A stretch of 64,000 nt of DNA from Patescibacteria group bacterium (GTDB lineage: Bacteria > Patescibacteriota > Microgenomatia > UBA8517): contig JADFPI010000001.1 in NCBI GenBank assembly GCA_022562395.1, forward strand, positions 1,456-65,455. The letters run 5' to 3'. Both the position numbers and the translations under genes were made by a program. Below are positions 56,647 to 64,000 of the stretch, in pieces (positions within the stretch are counted from its first letter, which is position 1; each line of letters opens with the position of its first letter). The notes below the pieces were generated by a model. The model was not told the origin of the DNA and made no database searches. It saw only the letters and a list, made by a program, of their open reading frames with translations.

Positions 56647-57558
56647 ATGGCAGTAAAACCAACCGTTAAAACAATTCTTGCAATTTTGGTAATTTTAGTG
56701 CTGGTAATAAGCATTCCAGTTGCCGTGTTTTTGATAAGACAGCGGCAGGAGATTAGGGAGAAAGCTGCAGTTCCCACTGGACAGGCAACCGTATCCCTAT
56801 CACCGACGAGTGCAACTTACGATGTTGGGCAGTCGTTTAGTGTTAGCGTTTCTTTTAATACGGCAAATATAGCGATATCAGCAGTCGCGGTCAGGCTAAC
56901 TTATCCCTACTCTGGAACAACACCGGAACTTACAGCCTCCGATATTCAAATAAATCCGTCACTATTGGCGACAGGAAGCTGGAGCTGTCCGGTTAAAACG
57001 ATTACCCCTTCAAGCGGAACGGTTCAAATAGATATAGCCTGTGTAAACACCGATATTAATGGATATACCTCGGCAACCGATACACAACTGGCGTCATTTA
57101 GCGTGGTTGCCAACCAAGTTCCAGCAACCAACCCAACCACTTTGAGGTTCGACCCGAATTTGAGTGTTATTACCCAAAAATCAGACGGGCAAGACGTCCT
57201 TTTGATTCCCACAAGCACTGGTTCTTATACAATTTCCGGAGGTGCAGGTCCAACTCCAACCCCAACTCCAACTCCAACGCCCACCCCGACAAGTGGTATA
57301 GGCGGTGGGGCAACCGCAACTCCAACCCCCACTCTCACAGAAGACGAGCAAGATTTGACACCAACCCCCACTCCTAGCCCAACCCCTACGGGAGGCACTG
57401 GCGGTGGGGCAACCGCAACACCAACCCCCACTCCGACAGAAATTGAGGAGCTTCTAGACTCGGGGGTATCAACGCCTACTTTACTGGCCGCATTTGTAGG
57501 ATTTTTGCTGCTTCTTGTTAGCGCTGGAACCTTCTCAGTGGTATTTTTGAGAAAGTAG
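56647..57558 (+). CDS. cohesin-like domain protein with an N-terminal TM, a (PTPT)n linker and a C-terminal hydrophobic anchor
   Basis: TM ILAILVILVLVISIPVAVFLI. Cohesin-like VSLSPTSATYDVGQSFSVSVSFNTANIAISAVAVRLTYPY...TQLASFSVVANQV. GPTPTPTPTPTPTPTSG linkers. C-terminal LLAAFVGFLLLLVSAGTFSVVFLRK. Confidence 0.65.
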   Translation: MAVKPTVKTILAILVILVLVISIPVAVFLIRQRQEIREKAAVPTGQATVSLSPTSATYDVGQSFSVSVSFNTANIAISAVAVRLTYPYSGTTPELTASDIQINPSLLATGSWSCPVKTITPSSGTVQIDIACVNTDINGYTSATDTQLASFSVVANQVPATNPTTLRFDPNLSVITQKSDGQDVLLIPTSTGSYTISGGAGPTPTPTPTPTPTPTSGIGGGATATPTPTLTEDEQDLTPTPTPSPTPTGGTGGGATATPTPTPTEIEELLDSGVSTPTLLAAFVGFLLLLVSAGTFSVVFLRK

Positions 57559-57753
57559 TTTAGGAGTTATTTTTCTCCATTTGCTTTTGAGCTTTTTCTT
57601 TTTGTTTTTCTATTTTTTCGTCTTCCTCTTACATTATATACCTAGTTTCACTCTAGTTTGCATTAAAAATAGCTGTTATAGGTATATACGAATACCTTAT
57701 TTTTGCAAATTCAAGTAAGATGAGTATACCCATTGGTACAGGCAAAATTTTTA

Positions 57754-58473
57754 CTAAGAGAATACTAATAATTTTATCCCTATTAGGAAAAGAAAAATTG
57801 AAATCACCAGTCTAAATTTTTCTTGCGGAATTTTTCCGACCGTTCTTTTTGCCAATCCGGCTCCCACAAGGGAAATGGGAATTGAGAAAAGAAGCGCAAG
57901 TAAAAGTTGTCTTGGAAAGGTAGTTCCACTAGAAATATAAGTGGTGATTCGTGTTGTGTCTATTATTAAGGCAATTGCCCCGGAGGTAAATATGTACGTT
58001 GTTTTAGGCAAGTCAAAAGCGGAAAGAAAGGCTCCTCTGATTGCGCCCCCTATTCCAAAAACTCCGGCGAAGAATCCTGATAAAACTCCGCCTGATACAG
58101 CGGTAGATAAATTTTGTGCAAGTTTGAAAGCTGGTTTTAGGGCTAGAAATACTACGTAAGAAATCAAAAAAACTCCGAGAATTCGCGACAGGATAGCCTC
58201 GGGAGCTGTCAAGACTATCGATGCCCCAAGATAGCTTGCGATAATTCCAGGAATGCCGAATCCGAGAATAATTTTCCAATTGACAGCCTTTTTAAAAAGA
58301 ATTATTTTCCAAATGTCGTTGAACCAATGGATTATGCCGACGAACAGAAGTGCTTGCGGTAGGGGGAAAAATATGACAATGACTGGGAGCATGATAGTTG
58401 ATGAGCCAAAACCGGTGAGGGTTCCCACAAAAGCAGCAACGATTGTCAAAAGGGCAATCAATGCTATTTCCAT
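57754..58473 (-). CDS. TauE/SafE-family (DUF81) anion exporter
   Basis: Seven to eight TM segments and a duplicated GxGGG-type motif. Confidence 0.7.
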   Translation of the reverse strand: MEIALIALLTIVAAFVGTLTGFGSSTIMLPVIVIFFPLPQALLFVGIIHWFNDIWKIILFKKAVNWKIILGFGIPGIIASYLGASIVLTAPEAILSRILGVFLISYVVFLALKPAFKLAQNLSTAVSGGVLSGFFAGVFGIGGAIRGAFLSAFDLPKTTYIFTSGAIALIIDTTRITTYISSGTTFPRQLLLALLFSIPISLVGAGLAKRTVGKIPQEKFRLVISIFLFLIGIKLLVFS

Positions 58474-58612
58474 TAATTAAGAATATCACGACCATAATTT
58501 TTACTGCGATGATTGTCGAAGAAAAGCAGTAAGGTGAGTGGAGAAAAGTAGCGTTTAGCTTGGGGAAATTCTATCTTCATAAGTTTTACTCGGCTCTGAA
58601 AGAAAGAGTAGC

Positions 58613-60421
58613 TTAGATTTTCCCCAGGTTCTTTGCGAGGGCGTTTGTTTCCTTGAGAAGAGTTTCAACTTCGGCGATGCCCTTTTCCCAGAAGTCTTTT
58701 TTTGAAATATCGATGCCAAGCTTTTTGAAACTGTCCTTAGGGGATTCGGACAGCCCCACCGAAAGGAATTCTTTTACAGCACCTATAAATTTGGAATCTT
58801 TTTTGACTTCGGCTTGCATGGTTTTTGAGATTAGTAGGCCTCCGGCATAGGAGTAAACGTAGAAGAAAAAGCGAATATGTTGCCAGTGTACCCACCAGTT
58901 TTCAGAGCCAGGGGATTGCAGCACGTAAGGGCCCATGTACGAATCCATATGTTTCTGAAACGTTTTGCCGATTTCTTCCTTGCTTAGATAACCCCTCTCT
59001 CGAAAAGTTTTATGCAACTCGGTTTCAAAGTTATAAAGGGCGATCTGCCTAAAGATTGTTTTTACGTCTTCGTCGAGTTTATTGACCATTAAAGCAAGCC
59101 TGGTTTCCTTGTCAGCCCTTTTTAACAATTCTTGAAATACAAAGTCTTCCATAAATGTACTCGCAACTTCTGCCGTTGACCTGGGTGTGCCAAAATTGAG
59201 CGCGTTTTGTTTTCTGCGAATGAGCTCAAAGTTTATTCCGTGTCCGAGTTCGTGTGCAAAAGTTAGAACGTCTTTGAGCATGTTTGTCCAATTGAGAAGT
59301 AAAAAGGTCGGCTGGGACAAGAGTGTGTAGGCTGTAAAAGCTCCACTACGCTTTCCACTTCTAGGGTAAACGTCGACTCTGCCCTCATTTACAAAGTCTG
59401 AGAAGAGATTGCTGAAATCTTTATCTAGGTTTTTGTATACGCTTTCAATTATTGAAACGGCGTCTTTATAAGAATATTTCGCTTCGATTTTGCCGTATTC
59501 AACGAGCCTTTCGTGATACTCCAACTTTTTAACTCCTAGAAGTTTTGCTTTGAGCTTGTAATGATGCATTGCTACGTCAAAGTGTGAAGATACAGAGCTC
59601 ACTAGTGTGTCGACAGTGTCGGTGTCGACGTCGTCTGAAATGTGGCGATCAGTATCTGCTCTTTCGTAATTACGCAATCCGTCGTCTATTTTTTTGTTTT
59701 GCAGTACGGCGTTTAACTCATGCTCTGCTGTATCGGTATGACTTGCTAAAATGTCGTTGAATGCATTAGCGGCAGAATTCCGAACTCTTTTGTTCCTAGA
59801 ACCCATTAACCCCAGGATGTCAGAGAAACTCTTCTTGTCCTTTCTCCTTTTTTCATTTAATATCATCCTTTCTTCCTTAGACAAAAATCCAGAAGTCATT
59901 TTTGTCCAGTTGTCGTGAGCCACGGGGGATTTTAGATTCATTATTTTTTCTTCTGGCTCGGTGAGTAGGTGTTTCGCCTGCAAAAACAGTCTCTCCAAAA
60001 AGTGTTTATAGGGCATTAGTGGTTTGTAGTTTAAAAACTGGCTTTGTTGACGGGGATCGATCTTCGCAAGCCTTAACTCGAAAAATTGAATTTGATTTTG
60101 CATTTTTTTAACAAATTCTATTGATTTATTGTATTTGGCTTTGAGTTTTGGAGCGTTTTGGTCTTGTGAGGTTTTTAGCGAGTAATAGTAGTGTTCGCCG
60201 CCTTTGGGATCAAAATTTTTTCTCCAATCTTCGTATTCGCTTAGCGCTGCAAGTAATACTTTTGGTTTTTTAAGGTAATCGTCTCTGTTCTTCCACTTCT
60301 TTACAAACTGGCTAGTTTTCTTCTCGGTTATCTTTCTGAGTTTTTGGATTTCTGTGTCATTCTCTGATTTGAATAAAAGAGTTAGGTCCCAGGAGGTTCT
60401 ATTAGCTTTTAGTTTTGCCAT
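58613..60421 (-). CDS. pepF: oligoendopeptidase F (M3B family)
   Basis: HELGHGINFE HExxH zinc site and an overall M3B layout. Confidence 0.85.
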   Translation of the reverse strand: MAKLKANRTSWDLTLLFKSENDTEIQKLRKITEKKTSQFVKKWKNRDDYLKKPKVLLAALSEYEDWRKNFDPKGGEHYYYSLKTSQDQNAPKLKAKYNKSIEFVKKMQNQIQFFELRLAKIDPRQQSQFLNYKPLMPYKHFLERLFLQAKHLLTEPEEKIMNLKSPVAHDNWTKMTSGFLSKEERMILNEKRRKDKKSFSDILGLMGSRNKRVRNSAANAFNDILASHTDTAEHELNAVLQNKKIDDGLRNYERADTDRHISDDVDTDTVDTLVSSVSSHFDVAMHHYKLKAKLLGVKKLEYHERLVEYGKIEAKYSYKDAVSIIESVYKNLDKDFSNLFSDFVNEGRVDVYPRSGKRSGAFTAYTLLSQPTFLLLNWTNMLKDVLTFAHELGHGINFELIRRKQNALNFGTPRSTAEVASTFMEDFVFQELLKRADKETRLALMVNKLDEDVKTIFRQIALYNFETELHKTFRERGYLSKEEIGKTFQKHMDSYMGPYVLQSPGSENWWVHWQHIRFFFYVYSYAGGLLISKTMQAEVKKDSKFIGAVKEFLSVGLSESPKDSFKKLGIDISKKDFWEKGIAEVETLLKETNALAKNLGKI

Positions 60422-60708
60422 GTAGGGATTTTAACATAAAAAGAGCCCGGTAGAAGACATCTCTCCAGACAGTTATAAGTTTTCATAGATCTATTTACAT
60501 TCAACTCTACACGCGCGATCGCCTACAAATAGTTGAGGCTATTTGAGAGAAAGAAATTATTTTTATTGGGAGAACCGTATTTATCAATTTCTTGAAGTGC
60601 AACCTTTTCAGCTTTTTAAGCAACCTCTTTATATCTTTTAACTTCAAATATTGTCGTGAATGTCCGAAAGTACTGTAACCTTCATGCTAAAGTCTATTAT
60701 GCCGAAAC

Positions 60709-60736
60709 TTGACAATCTTTATCAGAACATTATAAT
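60709..60736 (+). promoter_or_regulatory. Consensus promoter TTGACA-N16-TATAAT for the relB/yafQ-like pair (leaderless; ATG 9 nt after the -10)
   Basis: -35 at 60709-60714 and -10 at 60731-60736. Confidence 0.65.
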
Positions 60737-60745
60737 TATATTGCT

Positions 60746-61033
60746 ATGCAGAAGGTGATTGTACAGGTTCCAATGACTAAAAAATTAAGAGACGCCGCAA
60801 CTCGCGCTGCGAAAGATTCAGGTTTCTCGTCTTTACAGGAAGTAATTCGTTTGTTTACCACCAAGCTTGCCAAGAAGCAGGTTTCGATTGATATTTCTGG
60901 AGTGGAATATTTGACTCCCCAGGAAGATGCTATTTTGGAAAAGAGGTATAAAGAATTTCTAGCCGAGAAGAAGAAGGGTAAAACTTATAAAGCAACCTCT
61001 GCCAAGGAGATGATAAGGCAACTGACTTCTTAA
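60746..61033 (+). CDS. RelB/DinJ-like antitoxin (putative)
   Basis: 95-aa basic protein immediately upstream of a RelE/YafQ-family toxin; assigned by gene context. Confidence 0.5.
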   Translation: MQKVIVQVPMTKKLRDAATRAAKDSGFSSLQEVIRLFTTKLAKKQVSIDISGVEYLTPQEDAILEKRYKEFLAEKKKGKTYKATSAKEMIRQLTS

Positions 61034-61036
61034 TAG

Positions 61037-61312
61037 ATGGCCACAATCGAATACGACAGGAGGTTTAAGAAGCACTTCAAAACAAGAATTTTTCTCAATA
61101 GAAAACTTGCAAAAAGATATGAAGAACGACTGGATTTATTTTTGAAAGATAGACGTAATTCCATATTAAATGACCATAAGCTTGTTGGGAGGCTAGAAGG
61201 CACGAAAGCTTTTAATATTACCGGGGATATTAGAGTTATTTATGTCGAAGCATGAGACACAAGCTATGCTTATGTCGAAGTAGACAAGAACCACTTTATT
61301 TTTCTAGATATC
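61037..61312 (+). pseudogene. RelE/YafQ-family toxin interrupted by an in-frame 30-bp tandem duplication carrying a TGA stop (track ORF 61037..61255)
   Basis: HKLVGRLEGTKAFNITGDIRVIYVEA then stop. Removing 61251-61280 restores ...VIYVEVDKNHFIFLDIGTHPQIYGM, the expected RelE/YafQ C-terminus. The duplicated ttatgtcgaag is visible at 61240-61250 and 61270-61280. Confidence 0.6.
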
Positions 61313-61396
61313 GGCACCCATCCTCAAATTTATGGTATGTAGCTAGGGGGGAATTTCGCTTCAATTTAAACACAGGGTTTGGTAAAATACAACAAG

Positions 61397-61467
61397 CGGG
61401 GAGTAGTTTAGTGGTAGAATGTGCGCATGGGGTGCGTGCGGCCCGAGTTCGATTCTCGGCTCCCCGA
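61397..61467 (+). tRNA. tRNA-Pro (anticodon GGG)
   Basis: Manual fold gives acceptor CGGGGAG/CTCCCCG, anticodon loop AT-GGG-GT with U33 and G37, T-arm CCGAG-TTCGATT-CTCGG, discriminator A and no encoded CCA. The D-stem is weak (GU pairs). Confidence 0.65.
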
Positions 61468-61489
61468 CACTATAGGATTTTGATATTCC

Positions 61490-61773
61490 AGTTGTTGACT
61501 TAGGGTTATCTTTGATGACAATAATGATTTCACTTTGTAAATTTGCTACTGAATTAATTCAGTAGTTAAGACAACTGCATCAAGCCGAATTCCCCCCGCC
61601 AGCAACTGCGTAGCTTTGAGCGGGGGGCGGGTGAGGCGTAGTCTCCGATAAAATCGGGGTAGCAATGCGGCGTCTAGAAGCCTCTCGGCAAAGCCGAGTT
61701 AATCCTTCAGGATATTGAAGAAGTCCCGAGCCTCTGTGCTCGGGGAGGCTTCACTTCAGTAGTTAAAATGGCC
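61490..61773 (+). repeat. Degenerate third AbrB-like cassette on the plus strand: promoter, palindrome (61545-61564), a ~190-bp hairpin-rich insert (61565-61754), then ttcagtagttaaaATGGCCAGCCCCGACTAA (5-codon remnant)
   Basis: Matches the 5' leader and first codons of copies 1 and 2. The ttcagtagttaa on each side of the insert looks like a 12-bp duplication. Confidence 0.6.
61565..61754. mobile_element. ~190-bp hairpin-rich insertion (MITE-like or structured ncRNA candidate)
   Basis: Stems CCCCCCGC/GCGGGGGG, CCGAT-aaa-ATCGG, CTCGGC-aaa-GCCGAG, CTTCA-ggatat-TGAAG and CCCGAGC-ctctgt-GCTCGGG. Flanked by a ttcagtagttaa direct repeat. No ORF. Confidence 0.4.
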
Positions 61774-61781
61774 AGCCCCGA

Positions 61782-62423
61782 CTAAATTATCTTGTGCTCA
61801 ACTAAGAAATCTCTGACAATCTCAAAAATTTTCTTATGACCTTCAGTGTTTGGATGTATACCGTCAAAAAGTAATGTGTCTACTTTTGCTTGAGACGTTT
61901 TCCTTAAATTAACATAGTCTAAATTTTTCTCATTACAGACAGATTTAATTATATTATTAAACTCAGAGATTGATGTGTTTTTGTAAGATAATTCTTTGTC
62001 CCATGGCACGGGATTAACCCTTTTTTCATCGACACGAGTTAATCCCAGAAAAATTATTACATTTGTAAACTTTTTTGCAAGTGAAACAAGTTTAATTAGA
62101 TTTTTTTGAAATTCATTCGGTGTAAATCTTGCATTACCGCCGGGGTATTTTACAGCAGAATCGTTTGTTCCTAGTTGGAAGATAATTATCAGCTTTCCTC
62201 CCTCCCAGGCCCGAGGTTTGGTCTCAACCTCAAAGTGCTCTAATAATGTTTCAGCTGTCTCGCCGGCTACACCAAGGTTATAAACCGTAAAAGTTTCCTT
62301 AAGCCACCAGTTTTGCCTGGTATACTTTTTGTCTACAAAGTTTCTTAATTTATTGACCCATCCGCTTTCTTTGTCCCAGCGACCGTAAGCAACACTGTCT
62401 CCAAAAACCAGGATATTCGCCAT
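61782..62423 (-). CDS. SGNH/GDSL-family hydrolase
   Basis: VFGDS (block I Ser), GTND and DGIHPN (block V Asp-His). Confidence 0.75.
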   Translation of the reverse strand: MANILVFGDSVAYGRWDKESGWVNKLRNFVDKKYTRQNWWLKETFTVYNLGVAGETAETLLEHFEVETKPRAWEGGKLIIIFQLGTNDSAVKYPGGNARFTPNEFQKNLIKLVSLAKKFTNVIIFLGLTRVDEKRVNPVPWDKELSYKNTSISEFNNIIKSVCNEKNLDYVNLRKTSQAKVDTLLFDGIHPNTEGHKKIFEIVRDFLVEHKII

Positions 62424-62567
62424 GAAGAAATTTTACCACAACCTTGAGCGAAATTGAGGTTATTAAAAGCTTCAAGAATACCCCGATTCAGTCGGGGATG
62501 AATTGAAGCTGTAACAATATCTTCCTTTACGACGAAGACGTACAGCTTTGCTGTAGAGGGGAAGATG

Positions 62568-63077
62568 TTATTTTTTAGCTTTGTTTTTATACCACTTTTG
62601 TAAATCTTTTATAGCTTCGTTTGCGCTTTTGAAGGACATTTTAGGGACTTTGTCTATGGGAAACCAGACCAGCTCACTTACGTCATCTTCGGCCTTCATT
62701 TCCCCGCCCTTTATTTCTGCCAAATAGTAGAGATTAAGAGTTTCATAGACTATTCCTTCATACTCGTAGCTATCCGTGTAAATTCCAAGTAAATTGCCAA
62801 GCTTTATGTCAAGCCCGGTTTCTTCTTTTGTTTCTCTCGCAGCAGCGGCTGGAGGGGATTCTCCTTCATTTAAAAATCCCCCTATTGAGTCCCACCTGCC
62901 TTTTTTGGGCTCTCTGGCTCTTTTGGCAATAAGCACTTTGCCACCTTTTATGAGTAAGACTGATACTCCGGGATAAGAACGCGCAAAAACCTTTCTTTTA
63001 CAAGATAAGCATTGATAACTCTCTCCGCTGTAGGAAAGCTTTCCCTTGCAATAAGGACAGTATTTGTACGCTAGCAT
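62568..63077 (-). CDS. NUDIX hydrolase with an N-terminal C4 zinc ribbon
   Basis: Nudix box GGFLNEGESPPAAAARETKEETGL. CPYC...CLSC ribbon. Start moved to the internal ATG (MLAYKYCPYC) so as not to overlap recA; the track ORF ends at 63140. Confidence 0.7.
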   Translation of the reverse strand: MLAYKYCPYCKGKLSYSGESYQCLSCKRKVFARSYPGVSVLLIKGGKVLIAKRAREPKKGRWDSIGGFLNEGESPPAAAARETKEETGLDIKLGNLLGIYTDSYEYEGIVYETLNLYYLAEIKGGEMKAEDDVSELVWFPIDKVPKMSFKSANEAIKDLQKWYKNKAKK

Positions 63078-63133
63078 TATCGGGATAGATGTATCTTGTA
63101 TTTTACCAGAGAGTGTGATACAAATTTGGCGAG

Positions 63134-64000
63134 ATGGCAAGAAAGAAGAAAAAGGAAGTTAAGAAACCAGAGCCTCAAAAAGATGCATCAGCTAAACTTC
63201 AAGCAATAAAACTTGCCATGGAACAGATTGAAAAGCAGTACGGCAAGGGTTCTATTATGCGCCTTGGAGCAAAAACTGACGGGAGACTTAAGATTAGCGT
63301 TATCCCCACTGGGTCAATTGCGCTTGATTTGGCTTTGGGGGTTGGGGGATTGCCTCGAGGGCGTATTGTTGAAATTTATGGGCCGGAAGCCTCGGGAAAG
63401 ACTACTCTGGCGCTGTCAGTTATCGCCGAGGCTCAAAAAGCTGGGGGGCAAGCAGCCTTTGTAGATGCTGAGCACGCAGTTGACGCTACTTGGGCAGAGA
63501 TTGTTGGAGTTAATTTAGACGACCTTCTTTTATCTCAACCTGACACAGGAGAGCAAGCTTTGGAGATAACGGAGACGCTGATTCGTTCCGGTGCACTAGA
63601 TGTAATTGTTGTCGACTCGGTTGCGGCACTTGTCCCACGGGCTGAGCTTGAAGGTGAAATGGGAGATGCGGTTATGGGAATGCAGGCGAGGCTTATGAGT
63701 CAGGCATTGAGAAAGTTAACTGGTGCAATTTCAAAGTCTAGGACTATTCTGGTATTTACTAATCAAATAAGGATGAAAATTGGAGTGATGTTTGGAAATC
63801 CGGAAACTACTTCGGGAGGACTGGCTCTTAAGTTTTATTCTTCGGTCAGGCTTGATGTCAGGCGAATAGAGATATTAAAAGATGGAGAGGTCGCAATCGG
63901 CTCAAGACACAGAGTGCGAGTTGTTAAGAATAAGGTTGCGCCTCCTTTGAGGGTTGCGGAGCTTGACATTATGGCCGATGAGGGAATTTCAAAGGCAGGG
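63134..64000 (+). CDS. recA: recombinase RecA, 5' partial (runs off window end)
   Basis: Manual translation gives [45 protein letters not shown]...[17 protein letters not shown]...[19 protein letters not shown]. Absent from the ORF track because there is no stop within the window. Confidence 0.9.
   Translation, partial: MARKKKKEVKKPEPQKDASAKLQAIKLAMEQIEKQYGKGSIMRLGAKTDGRLKISVIPTGSIALDLALGVGGLPRGRIVEIYGPEASGKTTLALSVIAEAQKAGGQAAFVDAEHAVDATWAEIVGVNLDDLLLSQPDTGEQALEITETLIRSGALDVIVVDSVAALVPRAELEGEMGDAVMGMQARLMSQALRKLTGAISKSRTILVFTNQIRMKIGVMFGNPETTSGGLALKFYSSVRLDVRRIEILKDGEVAIGSRHRVRVVKNKVAPPLRVAELDIMADEGISKAG

Noticed and set aside
61251-61255. TGA within the RelE-like gene considered as a sense codon (genetic code 25, as in some CPR lineages).
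   Set aside because: Elsewhere TGA terminates genes cleanly: rpmJ ends ...QRQG-TGA, and many track ORFs give full-length r-proteins under the standard code. So TGA is a stop here.
61468-61790. Looked for an integrase or phage remnant adjacent to tRNA-Pro.
   Set aside because: No integrase/recombinase-like ORF is present; only the degenerate AbrB cassette and the hairpin-rich insert, so a prophage call is not supported.
63213-63464. 83-aa plus-strand track ORF at the window end.
   Set aside because: It is a different frame of recA (63134 onward); the recA frame gives a canonical RecA N-terminus and P-loop.

Overview
This window is a 64-kb stretch of a streamlined bacterial chromosome, with standard code 11 and TGA used as a stop. 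Inference only: the gene content looks CPR/Patescibacteria-like. L30 is absent between rpsE and rplO, rpoB is not preceded by rplKAJL, AlaRS lacks its C-terminal domain, many genes appear leaderless, and several r-proteins carry K/E-rich extensions. The window contains four parts. (1) 1-6.1 kb is an accessory islet on the minus strand. It holds a DNA methyltransferase N-terminal fragment, two near-identical AbrB/MazE-like cassettes with a palindromic operator, an NYN-domain protein, a SAM-dependent O-methyltransferase, a clear SAM-I (S-box) riboswitch with its own promoter and terminator, an HtrA-like protease, and a VapBC toxin-antitoxin pair. Most of these genes share a TGCTAAAAT extended -10 placed 6-10 nt before the start codon. 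(2) 6.3-13.6 kb holds housekeeping genes: pepE-like, alaS, a membrane protein plus sortase, ruvX and mltG. (3) 13.6-43 kb is a giant ribosomal super-operon: rpoB-rpoC-rpsL-rpsG-[antisense small Cys-rich gene]-fusA-tuf-rpsJ-rplC...rplO-secY-adk-map-infA-rpmJ-rpsM-rpsK-rpsD-rpoA-rplQ and rplM-rpsI. It contains leader hairpins, an internal terminator, and GGAAATT heptamer tandem repeats in the intergenic gaps. (4) 43-57.6 kb is the most notable region, a cellulosome-like cohesin-dockerin system. Six consecutive secreted proteins each end in a near-identical dockerin-like module with an unusual conserved Cys pair; two of them have GH28-like beta-helices and others have jelly-roll or SH3b domains. 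They are followed by three membrane-anchored cohesin-domain proteins, one of which also carries a different dockerin, and preceded by a GT39/ArnT-family glycosyltransferase. The window ends with TauE, PepF, a RelB/YafQ pair whose toxin is disrupted by a 30-bp in-frame duplication carrying a stop, tRNA-Pro(GGG) next to a degenerate third AbrB cassette split by a hairpin-rich 190-bp insert, an SGNH hydrolase, a NUDIX hydrolase and the start of recA.
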